Shown: piece after piece, positions 22,973 to 38,046 of the stretch
Layout: every line of letters begins with the position of its first letter
Position numbering within the stretch: position 1 is the stretch's first letter
Source: Eledone cirrhosa
Taxonomy: Eukaryota
Reading direction: 5' to 3'
Assembly (NCBI GenBank): GCA_964016885.1
Contig: OZ024740.1
Location: forward strand, 208,196,001-208,260,000
Length of the DNA: 64,000 nucleotides
The notes under the pieces: model-generated
Told to the model about the DNA's origin: nothing
Databases searched by the model: none
The model's input: only the letters and a program-made list of their open reading frames with translations
Program-made: the position numbers and the translations under genes

Positions 22973-25180
22973 TCGAAATATAATACGTGAATGTAATAGA
23001 TAAAATCCATGGGGCTGCAACTTGAACTATATTGTATTTCTCCTGTGTCTTGAACTCTCCATCTAATAGACAACGACTCTTGTTTGTTTATTTATATCTT
23101 TACATCTTTATTTGCTGTATTAATGCTTCTCCACGTATTCTACCTCTATACATCCATGTACTTTCTACTTCCCTTATTCGGACTTTTACTCGCGTGTACC
23201 CTTAGCACACGTCACTGGAATATCTCCCCCTGGGAACATAAATACCGCAACCTGAACTATATTGTATTTCTCCTGTGTCTTGAACTCTACATTTACTTGA
23301 CAACGACTATTGTTTGTTTATCTATATCTTCACATCTTTGTTTGCTGTATTAATGCCTTTCCACGTACTCTACCTCTATACATCCATGTACTTTTTACTT
23401 CCCTTATTCGGACTTTTACTCGCGTGCACCCTTAGCACACGACATAGGATTGCCCCCCCCCCCCCCCCCCACGGAACATAAATACTGCAACCTGAACTAT
23501 ATTGTAATTCTCCTATGTCTTGATTTCTCCATCTTACTCCAACACCACTCTTGTTGGTTTATTTAAATGTTTATACCTATATATTGATATGTTTATATAT
23601 TTATACCTCTGCTGTACCAATGGGCTCTTCCACGTATTCCACTTCTATGTATCCATGTATTTCTACTCCTCACATTGGGACATGTACCCATTAGCACACG
23701 ACACTAGAATGTCTCCTCCTGAGAACAAAAATTAAACATTACACGACTATATCCCGTACTCTACATCCCACTAGGATAAATTACAGATCTACATAATACA
23801 ATTAACGTTTCTTCATAAAAGATTCTATTTAATTAAACCCCGCAACCCAAAACCTCATAGAAGTTATTTGAATGTTTAATCTTCAATTTTCTGTTTGTTC
23901 AATTCTCAATCTTCTTACTCCTTAGTTTTATAATGTTATTCTGAATTCTTTCAACTTCATCCGATAGAGTTAAGCAAAATTCTAAAGTTCCAACTTTCTG
24001 TCGGACCGTTGGGTGGGTTTTAGCGGCTGCGCGACCAGCTCCCTGGCGAACGAGCTCACCTGGAGTGCTTGGAAAAATAAATTTCTCCTTCTTTCGGTAA
24101 ATGAAAATACTCGGCGTGGCTTAATTCGCCATGGGGCCCGGGGCGCGGCCGGTGTTTTAACCGCCACATAGTACCTTTAAATTACAGAACAAATCGGAAC
24201 TATTAGATATATCAACCTGAAAGTGTTAAACTGTTGAACTTTAAATTTTCTAACCTCTTTAATATGGAATATTGATTATTAATTTTTTAACTTCATCCTA
24301 TAAGTCTAAACATTGTAACACACTGACTCCCAATATATTCACCTCTGCTAAGATACGGGTCCCTGTGAAAATTTTCTCGCGCCACTCCTGGCCCGACTGG
24401 GGTGTGACATTAATATCGACCTTCCTTCCTCTCTCTTTCTATCTTCCTTCTTGTAGCCATCAACCATTACTCTTCTACTTCTCTAAGCAAAATTTTTAAG
24501 TTCCAACTTTCTGTCGGACTGTTGGGTGGATTTTAAATGGCGGCGCGACCAGCTCCCTGGCGAACGAGCTCACCTGGAGTGCTCGGAAAAATAAATTTCC
24601 CCTTCTTTCGGTAAATGAAAATACTCGGCGTAGCTTAATTCGCCATGGGGCCCGGGGCGCGGCCGGTGTTTTAACCGCCACATAGTACCTTTAAATTACA
24701 GAACAAATCGGAACTATTATATAATAAAATGTTAAACTGTTGAACTTTAAATTCTCTAACCTCTTTAATATTGAATATTGATTATTAATTTTTTTAACTT
24801 CATCCTAGAAGTCTAAACACTGTAACACACTGACTCCCAATATATTCACCTCTGCTAAGATGCGGGTCCCTGTGAAAATTTTCTCGCGCCACTCCTGGCC
24901 TGACTGTGGTCTGACATTAATATCGACCTCTCTTCCTCTTTCTTTCTATCTTCCTTCTTGTAGCCATCAACCCTTACTTTTCTACTTCTCTCTTCTCTTC
25001 CTTCTCTTCTCCCCTCTTCCTGTTCTCGTTTATCTAACCAGTAGTAGCATACTATAAACTTTAGCCACGTCACTCCAGGGCGACCGGCTGAAGTTGAAGG
25101 AACAGAATAGCGGTCGCCCTCGGGTCCTCGATTTTCAGCCCCATGGATTTTATCTATTACATTCACGTATTATATTTCGA

Positions 25181-25238
25181 ATACCTGATGATATCACTGG
25201 ATTCATACGGAACCCGGTCATTGAAATGATCATAGTAT
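25181..25238 (+). ncRNA. Type I hammerhead ribozyme
   Basis: atac CTGATGA stem II GAAA tgatca TA gtat. Palindromic ATGATCAT stem III. Confidence 0.82.
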
Positions 25239-25288
25239 AATAAACATTTCAAGGATTTACACAAATCCAGCCTCCTGTCATTTCATTA

Positions 25289-25347
<59 letters not shown>

Positions 25348-25404
25348 GTGTGTGTGTGTGTATATATATATATACCACATGCTACTGTAACTAATAATAA
25401 TAAT

Positions 25405-25790
25405 AATGTTTCTACTTTTGGCACAAGGCCAGCAATTACCCCAGTGTATTACTGGTACTTTATTTTATCGACCCCGTATGGATGAAAGGCAAAGTTAACC
25501 TCAGTGGGATTTGAACTCTGAACATGAAGGGCCGTAACTCTTTGCTGCAAAGCATGGTGTCTGTCCTTCTACCGATACTGCCAAATAATAATCATTTCTA
25601 CGATTGGCCAGCAATTTGGGGGAAGGGGAAAGGCGATTAAATCGACCCCAGTAAGGTACTGGTACTTTATTTTATCGACACCGTAAGGATGAAAGACAAA
25701 GCTAACTTCGACGGGATTTGAACTCAGAACGTAAAGAGACGTTACTCTGTGCCGTGAACCATGGTGTCTGACACTTTACCGATACAATGT
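25405..25790 (-). mobile_element. Two adjacent tRNA-derived SINEs
   Basis: Reverse-complement matches to the 46582 SINE. Confidence 0.85.
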
Positions 25791-26589
25791 TACTATCACG
25801 ACAGTCACTACTGCAACTGCCACCATCACCAGGATTACTTTATATTATTACTACTACTATTTAAAAATCAATAACGTTTTACTGAGAAATAAAGTCAATT
25901 TAATCGTACCTCTGTATGTCAATATTACTTCATTTCGGTTTAATAAAGACGAACTTAACTGAATTTGAAGGAAGAATGACAAAAAAGAGAGACGAAAGTC
26001 TTTTTAAGGCCTTGCACGTATTTTCCAGGTTCACACGCCATACAATCTAGAACCTTCAAAATAAGATTTTGACCACTTTATTCTAAGGTTTGTGATATAT
26101 TCATCTTTTAGTTTCCCAATGTACTGTGAGGGAGAAGTGGCGTTTTTTTTATTTTCTTCTTACAATATCCCATATTAAGAGAATGTGTATTATCCGTGTA
26201 TGGGCTTTAACAGATTCATTCAGTAAAGCTAGATACATCTATTTATTTTTACCAGCCCACTTCCCTTTCGCACAATATACCACCTCCTGACTGGTAGATT
26301 TGCCTTCAAATGAGTTAATGTTCACTCAGGAACATTGGGGTTACTTCTATGACTAAATACTGTTACTACACTTGTATGTCATTGTAAGAAGATTCTTGAA
26401 GTTGTTAGCACTATTGTAGAGCAGTTTTAGGGAGTTCATGTTAAATATCTGCCTTACATGGAAAATACCTCTATACAAAACTTTCAAAAATTGTTAATAT
26501 TTCCATCTCAGTACAAGCCCCAGTAGTAGTAGTAGTAGTAGTAGTAGGAGGAGGAGGAGGAGGAGGAGGAGGAGGAGGAGGAGGAGTAT

Positions 26590-26786
26590 TATTGGCAGTA
26601 TCGGTAGAGGGTCGGACTCCATGCTTTCCAGCATAGTTACGTCCCTTTACGATTTGAGTTCAAATCCCGCCGAGGTTAACTTTGCCTTTCATCCTTACGC
26701 GGTCGATAAAATAAAGTAGCAGTAATGCACTGGGTAATTGCTGGCCTTGTGCCTAAAGTAGAAACAATTATTATTATTATTATTAT

Positions 26787-26837
<51 letters not shown>

Positions 26838-26894
26838 CAGCAGCAGTAGTAGTAGTAGTTGCAGCAGCAGCAGCAACAGTAGTAGTAGTAGTAA

Positions 26895-26944
<50 letters not shown>

Positions 26945-26985
26945 ATAGTAGTAGTAGTAGTAGTACTAGTAGTAGTAGTAGTAGC
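26590..26985 (+). mobile_element. tRNA-derived SINE with an (ATT)n tail expanding into (AGT)n
   Basis: A box tggcagtatcgg, B box gagttcaaatcc, tail from 26767. Confidence 0.88.
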
Positions 26986-27611
26986 TAAATGAAGTATAAT
27001 AATAAAATATATATGAATAATATGTATAGATAGATAGTGTGTGTGTGTGTATGTATGTGTGTGTGTGTGTGAGAGAGAGAGTGTGTGTGTGAGTGTGTGT
27101 GTGTAAAGCGAGATATAATTGCTTTTATAGAAATGGTTTCCAAAATAGTAGACAGACTTGCAGTACCTTTTTTAGTCTAATAATCTCCAAATTTCATTTC
27201 ATTGCACACACGGCATATAAAGACACACAGACACACATAGACACACACACATATACTCACACACATATATATATATGTGTGTGACTGTGTGTGTGTGTGC
27301 ATGTGTGTATGTGTGTGTGTGTTCTTCTCTGTTTAATTTTCCAGTTCTCTTAATCTTTTCTCTATCGATCGCTAACTGCCTCATCTTATCTGTTACTGCT
27401 CTCTCTCTCTCTCTCTCTCACCTCTCTCTCTCTCCTTTCTCTCTCCCTCTCTCTCTCCTTCTTTCTCTCTCTCACTCTCAACTTAAACATCCACTCTCAC
27501 ACGTACTTACACCATTACATATGTGTGCGCAAGTGCGTTTATATATATATATATGCAAGTGCTTTTCTCTATACTGAAGAGATTTCATTTATATAGAGAT
27601 ACACACACAAA

Positions 27612-27689
<78 letters not shown>

Positions 27690-27702
27690 TACACACATAC
27701 AT

Positions 27703-27797
<95 letters not shown>

Positions 27798-28281
27798 TAT
27801 GTATACATATATGTAAGGATGAAAGTATAAGTATGTATGGATGTATGCATGCATGCGCGAATGCATGTATGTATGTATGTAGTATGTATGTATATATTTA
27901 TGCATGTATGAATATGCATGTATGTGTGTATATATGTATGTAAGTATATATGTATGTATATATGTATGTATGTGTATATATGAATGTATGTATGTATGTA
28001 TGTATGTATGTATATATGAATGTATGTATGCATGTATGTATATATGAATGTATGTATTTATATATGTATATATGTATATGTCATTTTGTACACAATTACA
28101 TATTTATGTATACACCATATCTTAATGGTATAAATAGTGCAGTAAAATAATTCCTTTGATCCGTGAGAAATCTTCTATTTTTTAACTTCTTTCTGTTCTT
28201 TACTTTTCCACTCAAATATATATAAACAAACCAACAAGAATACACACACACACACATATACACATACAGACAGACACACAG

Positions 28282-28352
<71 letters not shown>

Positions 28353-28430
28353 GGTGTATGTATATATTAGAATATGTATGTCTATAAACTTTATAAATTT
28401 ATGCAGGCATACTTGCCTACATGCATTCAT

Positions 28431-28484
<54 letters not shown>

Positions 28485-29041
28485 TACACAACAGAGGTAG
28501 AGAGACAGAGAGAGAGAGAGAGAGTTAAGATGGTGGCTGTAGAGGCGGGTTACGACAGCAGATATACAGACATGACATCACACTGATGGAACTAAGGAAG
28601 AATGAGAAAGCCATAAATGGTGTCAGAAGATGAACATCTTCACCACCACCACCACCACCACTAACAACAACAACAACAACAACAACATCACTATAGATTG
28701 TATTGTTCCTTTGTTTGTCCAGCTTACTAAATCAATCAGACAAACAAATAGGCTAAAACATATAATAAATATAACATTGGACAGCTAGAAGATCGCTAAA
28801 TAAAATATAGGAGACAGCTATATAGAACAGCTACAGTATATATATATCAGATATAGTATATAGAAGACAGACATATATAACAGATATAATATATATATAT
28901 ATATAAAATATAGAATATAGGAGACAGTTATATAGTACAGATATAGTATATAAATATATATATAATATAGAATATAGGAGACAGTTATATAGTACAGATA
29001 TATATATAAATATATATAGAATATAGAATATAGGAGACAGT

Positions 29042-29073
<32 letters not shown>

Positions 29074-29086
29074 CATATATATATAT

Positions 29087-29253
29087 CTTTCACCGTATTT
29101 TTGACTAAAGGAATTTTAGCTTGATAACGGGGTTTAGAACCCTCAGATAAATGGAAAAAGATGAGTATTGACGTACCATGACGTTCCATTTATCTGAGGG
29201 TTCTAAACCCCGTTATCAAGCTAAAATTCCTTTAGTCAAAAATACGGTGAAAG
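29087..29253. repeat. Perfect fold-back (~69-bp arms) abutting (TA)n, family of 3136-3411
   Basis: ctttcaccgtatttttgac...aaatggaa / ttccattt...gtcaaaaatacggtgaaag. Confidence 0.88.
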
Positions 29254-29344
29254 CTATATATTTTCTAATTTCAAACTCGCTCACTGTTTCAAAACATACT
29301 TACTTGCCATATATATATCAAATATAGAATATAGTTGTATATAA

Positions 29345-29680
29345 CAGATATAACTGAAGCACTCCGTCGGTTACGACGATGGGTGTTCAAATTGATCCGA
29401 TCGACGGAACTGCCTACTCGTGAAATTAACGTGCAAGTAGCTGAGCATTCCACATACGTGCGTAGCCTTAACGTAGTTCTCAGGCAGATTCGGCGTGGCA
29501 CAGAATATGACAAGGCTGGCCATTCGAGCTACAGATAGAACTCATTTTTGCCAGCTGAATGGACTGGAGCAACATGAAATAATGTGTCTTGCTTAAGGAC
29601 AAAACGTGCCGCTTGAATCGAACTCACGACCTTACGATTGTAAGTAAAATACCCAAACCACAGAGCCACTCGCCGTCACA
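29345..29680 (-). mobile_element. tRNA-derived CORE-type SINE
   Basis: Minus strand tRNA head with gagttcgattc, then tgtccttaagcaagacac core and a tail. Confidence 0.7.
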
Positions 29681-29924
29681 GAACAGATATAGGATACTGT
29701 TTTATATAACATATATAGAAGATAGGTTATATATAACTATATAGAATATAGTTATATAAAACAGATATAGACGACTATTATGTACAACATATGTAGAAGA
29801 CTGTAATATACCACAATATATTAAATAGTCAACAGGTATACAACAGACAAAGGAAACGTCAATAAAATAAATGCTTAAGTGTTAGAAACAACGAAGTAAA
29901 CAAAGAAATACAACCATCAAGAAT

Positions 29925-31100
29925 AATGGTTTCTAGTTTAGGCACAAGGCAAACAATTTTGAGGTGTAGGAGAAATCGATTAAATTGGCTCCAGTGCGTG
30001 ACTGGTACTTTTCCCGTAAGAATGAAAGGACCCAAGACATTGAGGACAATACAAGGGCTCTAAAGAATACAGACCCTGTCTTTACATCGAGTAAAGGAAA
30101 GAGGACATCAATAAAAGAAAAATAGTAGATATAACAATAATTGTTTCTACTTTTGGCACAAAATAATTGTTTCTACTAATAATTACCCAGCGCATTATTG
30201 GTACTTTATTTTATCGATCCCGTAAGGATGAAAGGCAAAGTCAACCTCGGCGGGATTTGAACTCAGATCTTAAAGGGACGTAACTCTATGCTTCAAATCT
30301 TGGCGTCCGACCTTCTACCGATACTGCCAGTCCACAACAATAATAATTGTTTCTACTTTTGGCACAAGGCCAGCAATTAACCAGTACATTACTGGTACTT
30401 TATTTTATCGACCCCGTAAGGATGAAAGGTAAAGTTAACCTCGGCGGGATTTGAACTCAGACCATAAAGGGGCGTAACTCTTTATGGTCTGAGTTCAAAT
30501 TATAATAAATAGTAATGATAACAATATAAAACAGTAAGAAATGTCAAATAGGACCTGGTTTCTAATAGGTGGGATAGAGCGTCTTAGATAGAGCCAAGGG
30601 TTACTCCATACAAAACACTGGAAGAATGTTTCACTTCACGAACATTGAATGTACCCTCTTCCGTTTTCTTTCCTACCGCTTAGAAAAGCAAACAACAACT
30701 ACAACAACAATAACAATAATAAAAATAACAACAATAAGAAGAAAAACCTAAACAACAACAATAACAATAATAAAAACAACAACAACAATAACAACATTAA
30801 CAACAACAACAACAACAACAATAACAACAACAATAACAATAATAAAAACAACTCAATAATAGCAACAACAATAAAATACTAGTAATAATAATTATTTCTG
30901 ATTTAGGCACAAAGCCAACAATTTTGGTGGGGGGGGGGGAATTCGAACCCAGTGCGTGACTGGTACTTTATTTTATCGACCCCGTAAGGATGAAAGGCAA
31001 AGTTAACCTCGGCGGGATTTTTCTCAGATCATAAAGGGCCGTAACTCTATGCTGCAAAGCATGGCGTCCGACCCTCTACCGATACTGCCAATCCACCGCC
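29925..31100 (-). mobile_element. Cluster of four tRNA-SINE copies with an (AAC/AAT)n tract
   Basis: Copies at ~29925-30030, 30140-30330, 30345-30500 and 30890-31100. Confidence 0.8.
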
Positions 31101-31482
31101 CTCGTTGTTGTTGTTTCTATTATTGTTGTTGTTGTTTCTGTCATTGCTGTTGTTGTTGTTGTTGTTGTTGTTGTCTCTGCCATTGCTGTTGCTGTTACCT
31201 TCTTCCCACTCTTGCTGTTACTGTCTTTGTATTTCCTCTTCTTAGGTTGGCTATTCTTGTTTTGTGTAGTTAATAATGTCCTTCTTCTTCTTCTTCTTCT
31301 TCTTCTTCTTCTTCTTCTTCTTCTTCTTCTGTTTCTTCTTCTTCTTCTTCTTCTTCTTCTTCTTCTTCTTCTTCTTCTTTTGCTTTTTCTTTTTCTTTTT
31401 CTTTTTCTTTTTCTTTTTCTTTTCGTTTTTCTTTTTCTTTTTCTTTTTCTTTTTCTTCTTCTTCTTCTTCTTCTTCTTCTTC

Positions 31483-31522
<40 letters not shown>

Positions 31523-31876
31523 GACGATGAGGATAATGATAACAACAGCAACAAATTTTTGCCAAGGACTTTCAGCTTTTTTTCTTCTAACGTTGGTGTG
31601 TCTTTTGTTAAAACATCTTTGAAACATTGGGTTTCTTTCATTAAACTTTTATATAAGAAATTCTACTTTCACTTTCACTTTCGATGTTTTATCTTTATGT
31701 CTTTTATTTCTTTCTTTCTTGTTTGAATTATTTTTTCTTTGGTTTTCTTCTGTAAAGAAATTTTATGTTTCTATTTTTTTTTCTTCTTATCTCATCGCTT
31801 TTCTTGTAGTTTATGCCACCGCTATTGGCGGTGTTGTTGTTGTTTCTGTTATTGCTGTTGTTGTTGTTTCTGTTAT

Positions 31877-31910
<34 letters not shown>

Positions 31911-32144
31911 GTTGTTTGTTATTGTTGTTGTTGTTGTTTCTGTTATTGCTGTTGTTGTTGTTGTCTTTGTTTCTGTTATTGCTGTTGTTGTTGTTGTTGT
32001 TGTCGTTGTTGTTGTTTCTGTTATTGCTGTTGTCGTTGTTGTCGTTGTTTCTCTTATTGCTGTTGTTGTCGTTGTTGTTGTCGTTGTTGTTGTTGTTTCT
32101 GTTATTGCTGTTGTTGTCGTTGTTGTTGTTGCTGTCGTTGTCGT

Positions 32145-32175
<31 letters not shown>

Positions 32176-33120
32176 TATGTTATTGTTGTTGTTGTTGTTT
32201 CTGTTATTATTGTTGTTGTTTCTTTTATTGTTGTTGTTGTTTCTGTTATTGCTGTCGTTGTCGTTGTTTCTGTTATTGCTGTCGTTGTTGTTGTTTCTGT
32301 TGTTGTTGTTGTTGTTTCTCCCATTGCTGTTGCTGTTACCTTCTTCCCACTCTTGCTGTTACTGTCTTTGTATTTCCTCTTCTTAGGTTGGCTATTCTTG
32401 TTTTGTGTAGTTAATATTGTCCTTCTTCTTCTTCTTCTTCTTCTTCTTCTTCTTCTTCTTCTTCTTCTTCTTCTTCTTCTTCTTCTTCTTCTTTTTCTTT
32501 TTCTTTTTCTTTTTCTTCTTCTTCTTCTTCTTCTTCTTTTTCTTCTCCATCTTTTTTTTCTTCTTCTTCTCAACTGCTGGTGCTGTTATTGTGTTCTTAA
32601 TGTTACAAGTCTTGTTGTTGATGTTGTGGCTTTTGTGTTATTGTTGTCGTCATTTGTCATGCTGTTTATGTTGCTGATGTTGTTGTTGTTGTTGTTGTTG
32701 TTGTTTGTCATCCTCTTTATGTTGCTGATGCTGTTGTTGTTGTTGTTGTTGTTGTTTGTCATCCTCTTTATGTTGCTGATGCTGTTGTTTGTTTGTATTG
32801 GTGTTTATGTTGCTGATGTTGTTGTTGTTTGTTTATCATGGTGTTTATGTTGTTGATGCTGTTGTTGTTGTTTATCGTGGTGTTTATGTTGTTGATGCTA
32901 TTGTTGTTGTTTATCGTGGTGTTTATGGTGCTGTTGTTGTTGTTGTTTATCATGGTGTTTATTGTGCTGTTGTTGTTGTTGTTGTTTATCATGGTGTTTA
33001 TTGTGCTGTTGTTGTTGCCGCTGTTTACCTTATTGTTTATGCTGCTGTTTTTGTTGGTCTTGCTCAATGTGTTGGTTATTTTGTAGTAGTTGTAGTAGTT
33101 GTTGTTGTTGTTGTTGTTTT
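31100..33120. repeat. (GTT)/(TTC) low-complexity region with an internal duplication
   Basis: 31120-31480 is duplicated at ~32260-32540. Confidence 0.85.
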
Positions 33121-33389
33121 ATCATTTACTTCAGTTCTTCAACCATTGTGCTGCCAGTTTATTTTCAGGCATTTACTGAATCAAAGGAAAAATTTATTAT
33201 CCAAACACTGAATAATTTTTTTGTTAGTTAGCAACCATTTAACAACTAACACATAGGAACGTAACTGCAACAATAGACTGCACCTCAACAACGATAGCAA
33301 CAACGATTGATGTAACAATGGTGGTGGTGATGATGATGGGGCAAGAAGTCATGGTAGTTGGTGCAATTATTGTCTTGATGATAATGGTG

Positions 33390-36300
33390 ATGGTAATGAT
33401 GATTGGTGTAGTAATGATGGTGATAGGTACTGTGGTAGAGGTGAAGGTGATGATGATGGTGATGGTGATGGTGATTGGTGTAGTAATGATGGTGATGGGT
33501 ACTGTGGTAGAGGTGAAGGTGATGATGATGGTGATGGTGATTGGTGTAGTAATGATGGTGATAGGTACTGTGGTAGAGGTGAAGGTGATGATGATGGTGA
33601 TGGTGATGGTGATTGGTGTAGTAATGATGGTGATAGGTACTGTGGTAGAGGTGAAGGTGATGATGATGGTGATGGTGATGGTGATTGGTGTAGTAATGAT
33701 GGTGATGGGTACTGTGGTAGAGGTGAAGGTGATGATGATGGTGATGGTGATGGTGATTGGTGTAGTAATGATGGTGATAGGTACTGTCGTAGAGGTGAAG
33801 GTGATGATGATGGTGATGGTAATGATGATTGGTGTAGTAATGATGGTGATAGGTACTGTGGTAGAGGTGAAGGTGATGATGATGGTGATGGTGATGGTGA
33901 TTGGTGTAGTAATGATGGTGATGGGTACTGTGGTAGAGGTGAAGGTGATGATGATGGTGATGGTGATTGGTGTAGTAATGATGGTGATAGGTACTGTGGT
34001 AGAGGTGAAGGTGATGATGATGGTGATGGTGATGGTGATTGGTGTAGTAATGATGGTGATAGGTACTGTGGTAGAGGTGAAGGTGATGATGATGGTGATG
34101 GTGATGGTGATTGGTGTAGTGGTAGAGGTGAAGGTGATGATGATGGTGATGATGATGATTGGTGTAGTAATGATGGTGATAGGTACTGTGGTAGAGGTGA
34201 AGGTGATGATGATGGTGATGGTGATGGTGATTGGTGTAATAATGATGGTGATAGGTACTGTGGTAGAGGTGAAGGTGATGATGATGGTGATGGTGATTGG
34301 TGTAGTAATGATGGTGATAGGTACTGTGGTAGAGGTGAAGGTGATGATGATGGTGATGGTGATGGTGATTGGTGTAGTAATGATGGTGATAGGTACTGTG
34401 GTAGAGGTGAAGGTGATGATGATGGTGATGGTGATGATGATTGGTGTAGTAATGATGGTGATGGGTACTGTGGTAGAGGTGAAGGTGATGATGATGGTGA
34501 TGGTGATGGTGATTGGTGTAGTAATGATGGTGATAGGTACTGTGGTAGAGGTGAAGGTGATGATGATGGTGATGGTGATGGTGATTGGTGTAGTAATGGT
34601 GGTGATAGGTACTGTGGTAGAGATGAAGGTGATGATGATGGTGATGGTGATGGTGATTGGTGTAGTGGTAGAGGTGAAGGTGATGATGATGGTGATGATG
34701 ATGATTGGTATAGTAATGATGGTGATTGGTGTAGTGGTAGAGGTGAAGGTGATGATGATGGTGATGGTGATGATTGGTGTAGTAATGATGGTGATAGGTA
34801 CTGTGGTAGAGGTGAAGGTGGTGATGATGGTGATGGTGATGGTGATTGGTGTAGTGGTAGAGGTGAAGGTGATGATGATGGTGATGATGGTGATTAGCGT
34901 AGTAATGATGGTGATGGTGATTGGTGTAGTAATGATGGTGATGGGTACTGTGGTAGAGGTGAAGGTGATGATGATGGTGATGGTGATGGTGATTGGTGTA
35001 GTAATGATGGTGATAGGTACTGTGGTAGAGGTGAAGGTGATGATGATGGTGATGGTGATGGTGATTGGTGTAGTAATGATGGTGATAGGTACTGTGGTAG
35101 AGGTGAAGGTGATGATGATGGTGATGGTGATTGGTGTAGTAATGATGGTGATAGGTACTGTGGTAGAGGTGAAGGTGATGATGATGGTGATGGTGATGGT
35201 GATTGGTGTAGTAATGATGGTGATAGGTACTGTGGTAGAGGTGAAGGTGATGATGATGGTGATGGTGATGGTGATTGGTGTAGTAATGGTGGTGATAGGT
35301 ACTGTGGTAGAGGTGAAGGTGGTGATGATGGTGATGGTGATGGTGATTGGTGTAGTAATGATGGTGATAGGTACTGTGGTAGAGGTGAAGGTGATGATGA
35401 TGGTGATGGTGATGGTGATTGGTGTAGTAATGATGGTGATAGGTACTGTGGTAGAGGTGAAGGTGATGATGATGGTGATGGTGATGGTGATTGGTGTAGT
35501 GGTAGAGGTGAAGGTGATGATGATGGTGATTGGTGTAGTAATGATGGTGATGGGTACTGTGGTAGAGGTGAAGGTGATGATGATGGTGATGGTGATGGTG
35601 ATTGGTGTAGTAATGATGGTGATAGGTACTGTGGTAGAGGTGAAGGTGATGATGATGGTGATGGTGATGGTGATTGGTGTAGTAATGATGGTGATAGGTA
35701 CTGTGGTAGAGGTGAAGGTGATGATGATGGTGATGGTGATGGTGATTGGTGTAGTAATAATGGTGATGGGTACTGTGGTAGAGGTGAAGGTGATGATGAT
35801 GGTGATGGTGATGGTGATTGGTGTAGTAATGATGGTGATAGGTACTGTGGTAGAGGTGAAGGTGATGATGATGGTGATGGTGATGGTGATTGGTGTAGTA
35901 ATGGTGGTGATAGGTACTGTGGTAGAGGTGAAGGTGATGATGATGGTGATGGTGATGGTGATTGGTGTAGTAATGGTGGTGATAGGTACTGTGGTAGAGG
36001 TGAAGGTGATGATGATGGTGATGGTGATGGTGATTGGTGTAGTGGTAGAGGTGAAGGTGATGATGATGGTGATGATGATGATTGGTGTAGTAATGATGGT
36101 GATAGGTACTGTGGTAGAGGTGAAGGTGATGATGATGGTGATGGTGATGGTGATTGGTGTAGTAATGATGGTGATAGGTACTGTGGTAGAGGTGAAGGTG
36201 ATGGTGATGGTGATGGTGATGGTGATTGGTGTAGTGGTAGAGGTGAAGGTGATGATGATGGTGATGATGATGATTGGTGTAGTAATGATGGTGATGGGTA

Positions 36301-36450
36301 CTGTGGTAGAGGTGATGGTGATGATGATGGTGATAGTAATGGTGATGGTGATAGGTGCTGTGGTCGTGATGATGATGGTGATGGTGATGGTGATGGTGAT
36401 GGTGATTGATGTATTAATGAATGGTGATAGGTGCTGTGGTAGAGGTGATG
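33390..36450. repeat. Minisatellite, main unit 72 bp (shorter variants)
   Basis: Unit attggtgtagtaatgatggtgataggtactgtggtagaggtgaaggtgatgatgatggtgatggtgatggtg, more than 40 copies. Confidence 0.95.
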
Positions 36451-36651
36451 GTGATGGCGATGATGATGGTGCTGGGTGTAGCGGTGTTGGTCTGTGCAGT
36501 AGTGATGATGATGGTGATGTTGAAATTTATTGGTGTTGTATTGAGGGTGATTGTGACTAGTGCTGTGATGATGGTGACGGGGGTACAGTAACGATGGTGT
36601 ATCTGATTGGAGCAGTGGTGACGGTGATGTAGATGGGGATGAATGCAATGG

Positions 36652-36692
<41 letters not shown>

Positions 36693-36782
36693 GGTGCAAT
36701 GTTAATGGTGATGTTGTTTGGTACAAAGGTGATGATAACATCAACAAATTTGAGGTTACAGTAATACAAAATTATAACTATT

Positions 36783-36935
36783 ATTGGCAGTATTGGTAGT
36801 TACGTCCCTTTACGATCTGAGTTCAAATCCCGCCGAGGTTAACTTTGCCTTTCATCCTTACGGGGTCGATAAAATAAAGTACCAGTAATATACTGGGATA
36901 GTTGCTGGCCTTGTGCCAAAAGTAGAAACAATTAT
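36783..36935 (+). mobile_element. tRNA-derived SINE (internally deleted)
   Basis: B box and 3' body match the 46582 copy. Confidence 0.85.
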
Positions 36936-37225
36936 AACAATAGTTACAAGATGACGTATATCAACAATTACAACAATACCAACAACAAAAATAAGTGCGA
37001 GGTATAATATTTTCAATGACTATTTGGAAAAGATGCTGAGTCCAAGGACATTATAGGCTCTCTGGATGGCTGAGAGTGTAGGATTAAATGTGAGCAAAGA
37101 GATATTCCTTGTTTTCGTTGCAGTCTAAAATGCTTACATGTACACCCTATTAATACGACCAAAACGACCAGAAGAAAATAAATCTTATTATTCCACAATG
37201 CTTCAAGCAAACTTCAATACTCTCT

Positions 37226-37282
<57 letters not shown>

Positions 37283-37380
37283 TGTATAGAAGGAGCTTCT
37301 ATACAATAAATATATTTTACTCTGCCATATATTGAGTACCTTACTTACTGTGGTTATCCCCAACTCAACCCGGGACCTAC

Positions 37381-37416
<36 letters not shown>

Positions 37417-37507
37417 CGAAGGAAATGTGGTAAGGAACCAAGTGGACCATAACGCACCAAAGTACTCAATACTTAGGGTAGTAGAGTGGGTAATATGAAC
37501 AAATAAG

Positions 37508-37601
37508 ACCCCGACGGCTGAGCTCAAGCCGTTTCGACGGCTAATTCTGGACTGAATGAAAATTTATTCTGGTATTTAAATAGCCGAGCTTGTCAAGGGG
37601 T
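37508..37601 (-). ncRNA. Type I hammerhead, U3-A8 variant
   Basis: Reverse complement of 39203-39296. Confidence 0.8.
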
Positions 37602-37995
37602 AATTCCATATATGGTCAAAGAGATAAACACCAGGATTGGTCACATCACAAGTTAGTAGTAAATCTGTGATGGCAAAGTGGTGGGGGAAGGGGTAGCTGA
37701 ACCTGCCGGTAGGAGAAAAAGGGAGAGGGGGTGGAGTAGACCCATTCAAGCGTTGGTAGTGCCGGCTACAGCTGGGTGTGAGGTCAAAGAGGATACTAGG
37801 GAGGGGGAGGGGGAGGAAGTCGAAACGGTAAGTAAGAACAATGAAGGGTAAAACTATGAAATGTACTGAGAGAGAGAAAAGAAAAAATAAGCAAGGTCTG
37901 GTTACTAAGACTTAAATCTCTCGTTATTGCTAGGCTAAAGAAATACATAAATAAATAAATGAACAAATAAGTGAATAAAAGAATAGATAAATAAA

Positions 37996-38046
<51 letters not shown>

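Noticed and set aside
31076-33231. Poly-Arg/Glu/Cys/Leu ORFs
   Set aside because: Derived from (TTC)n and (GTT)n repeats.
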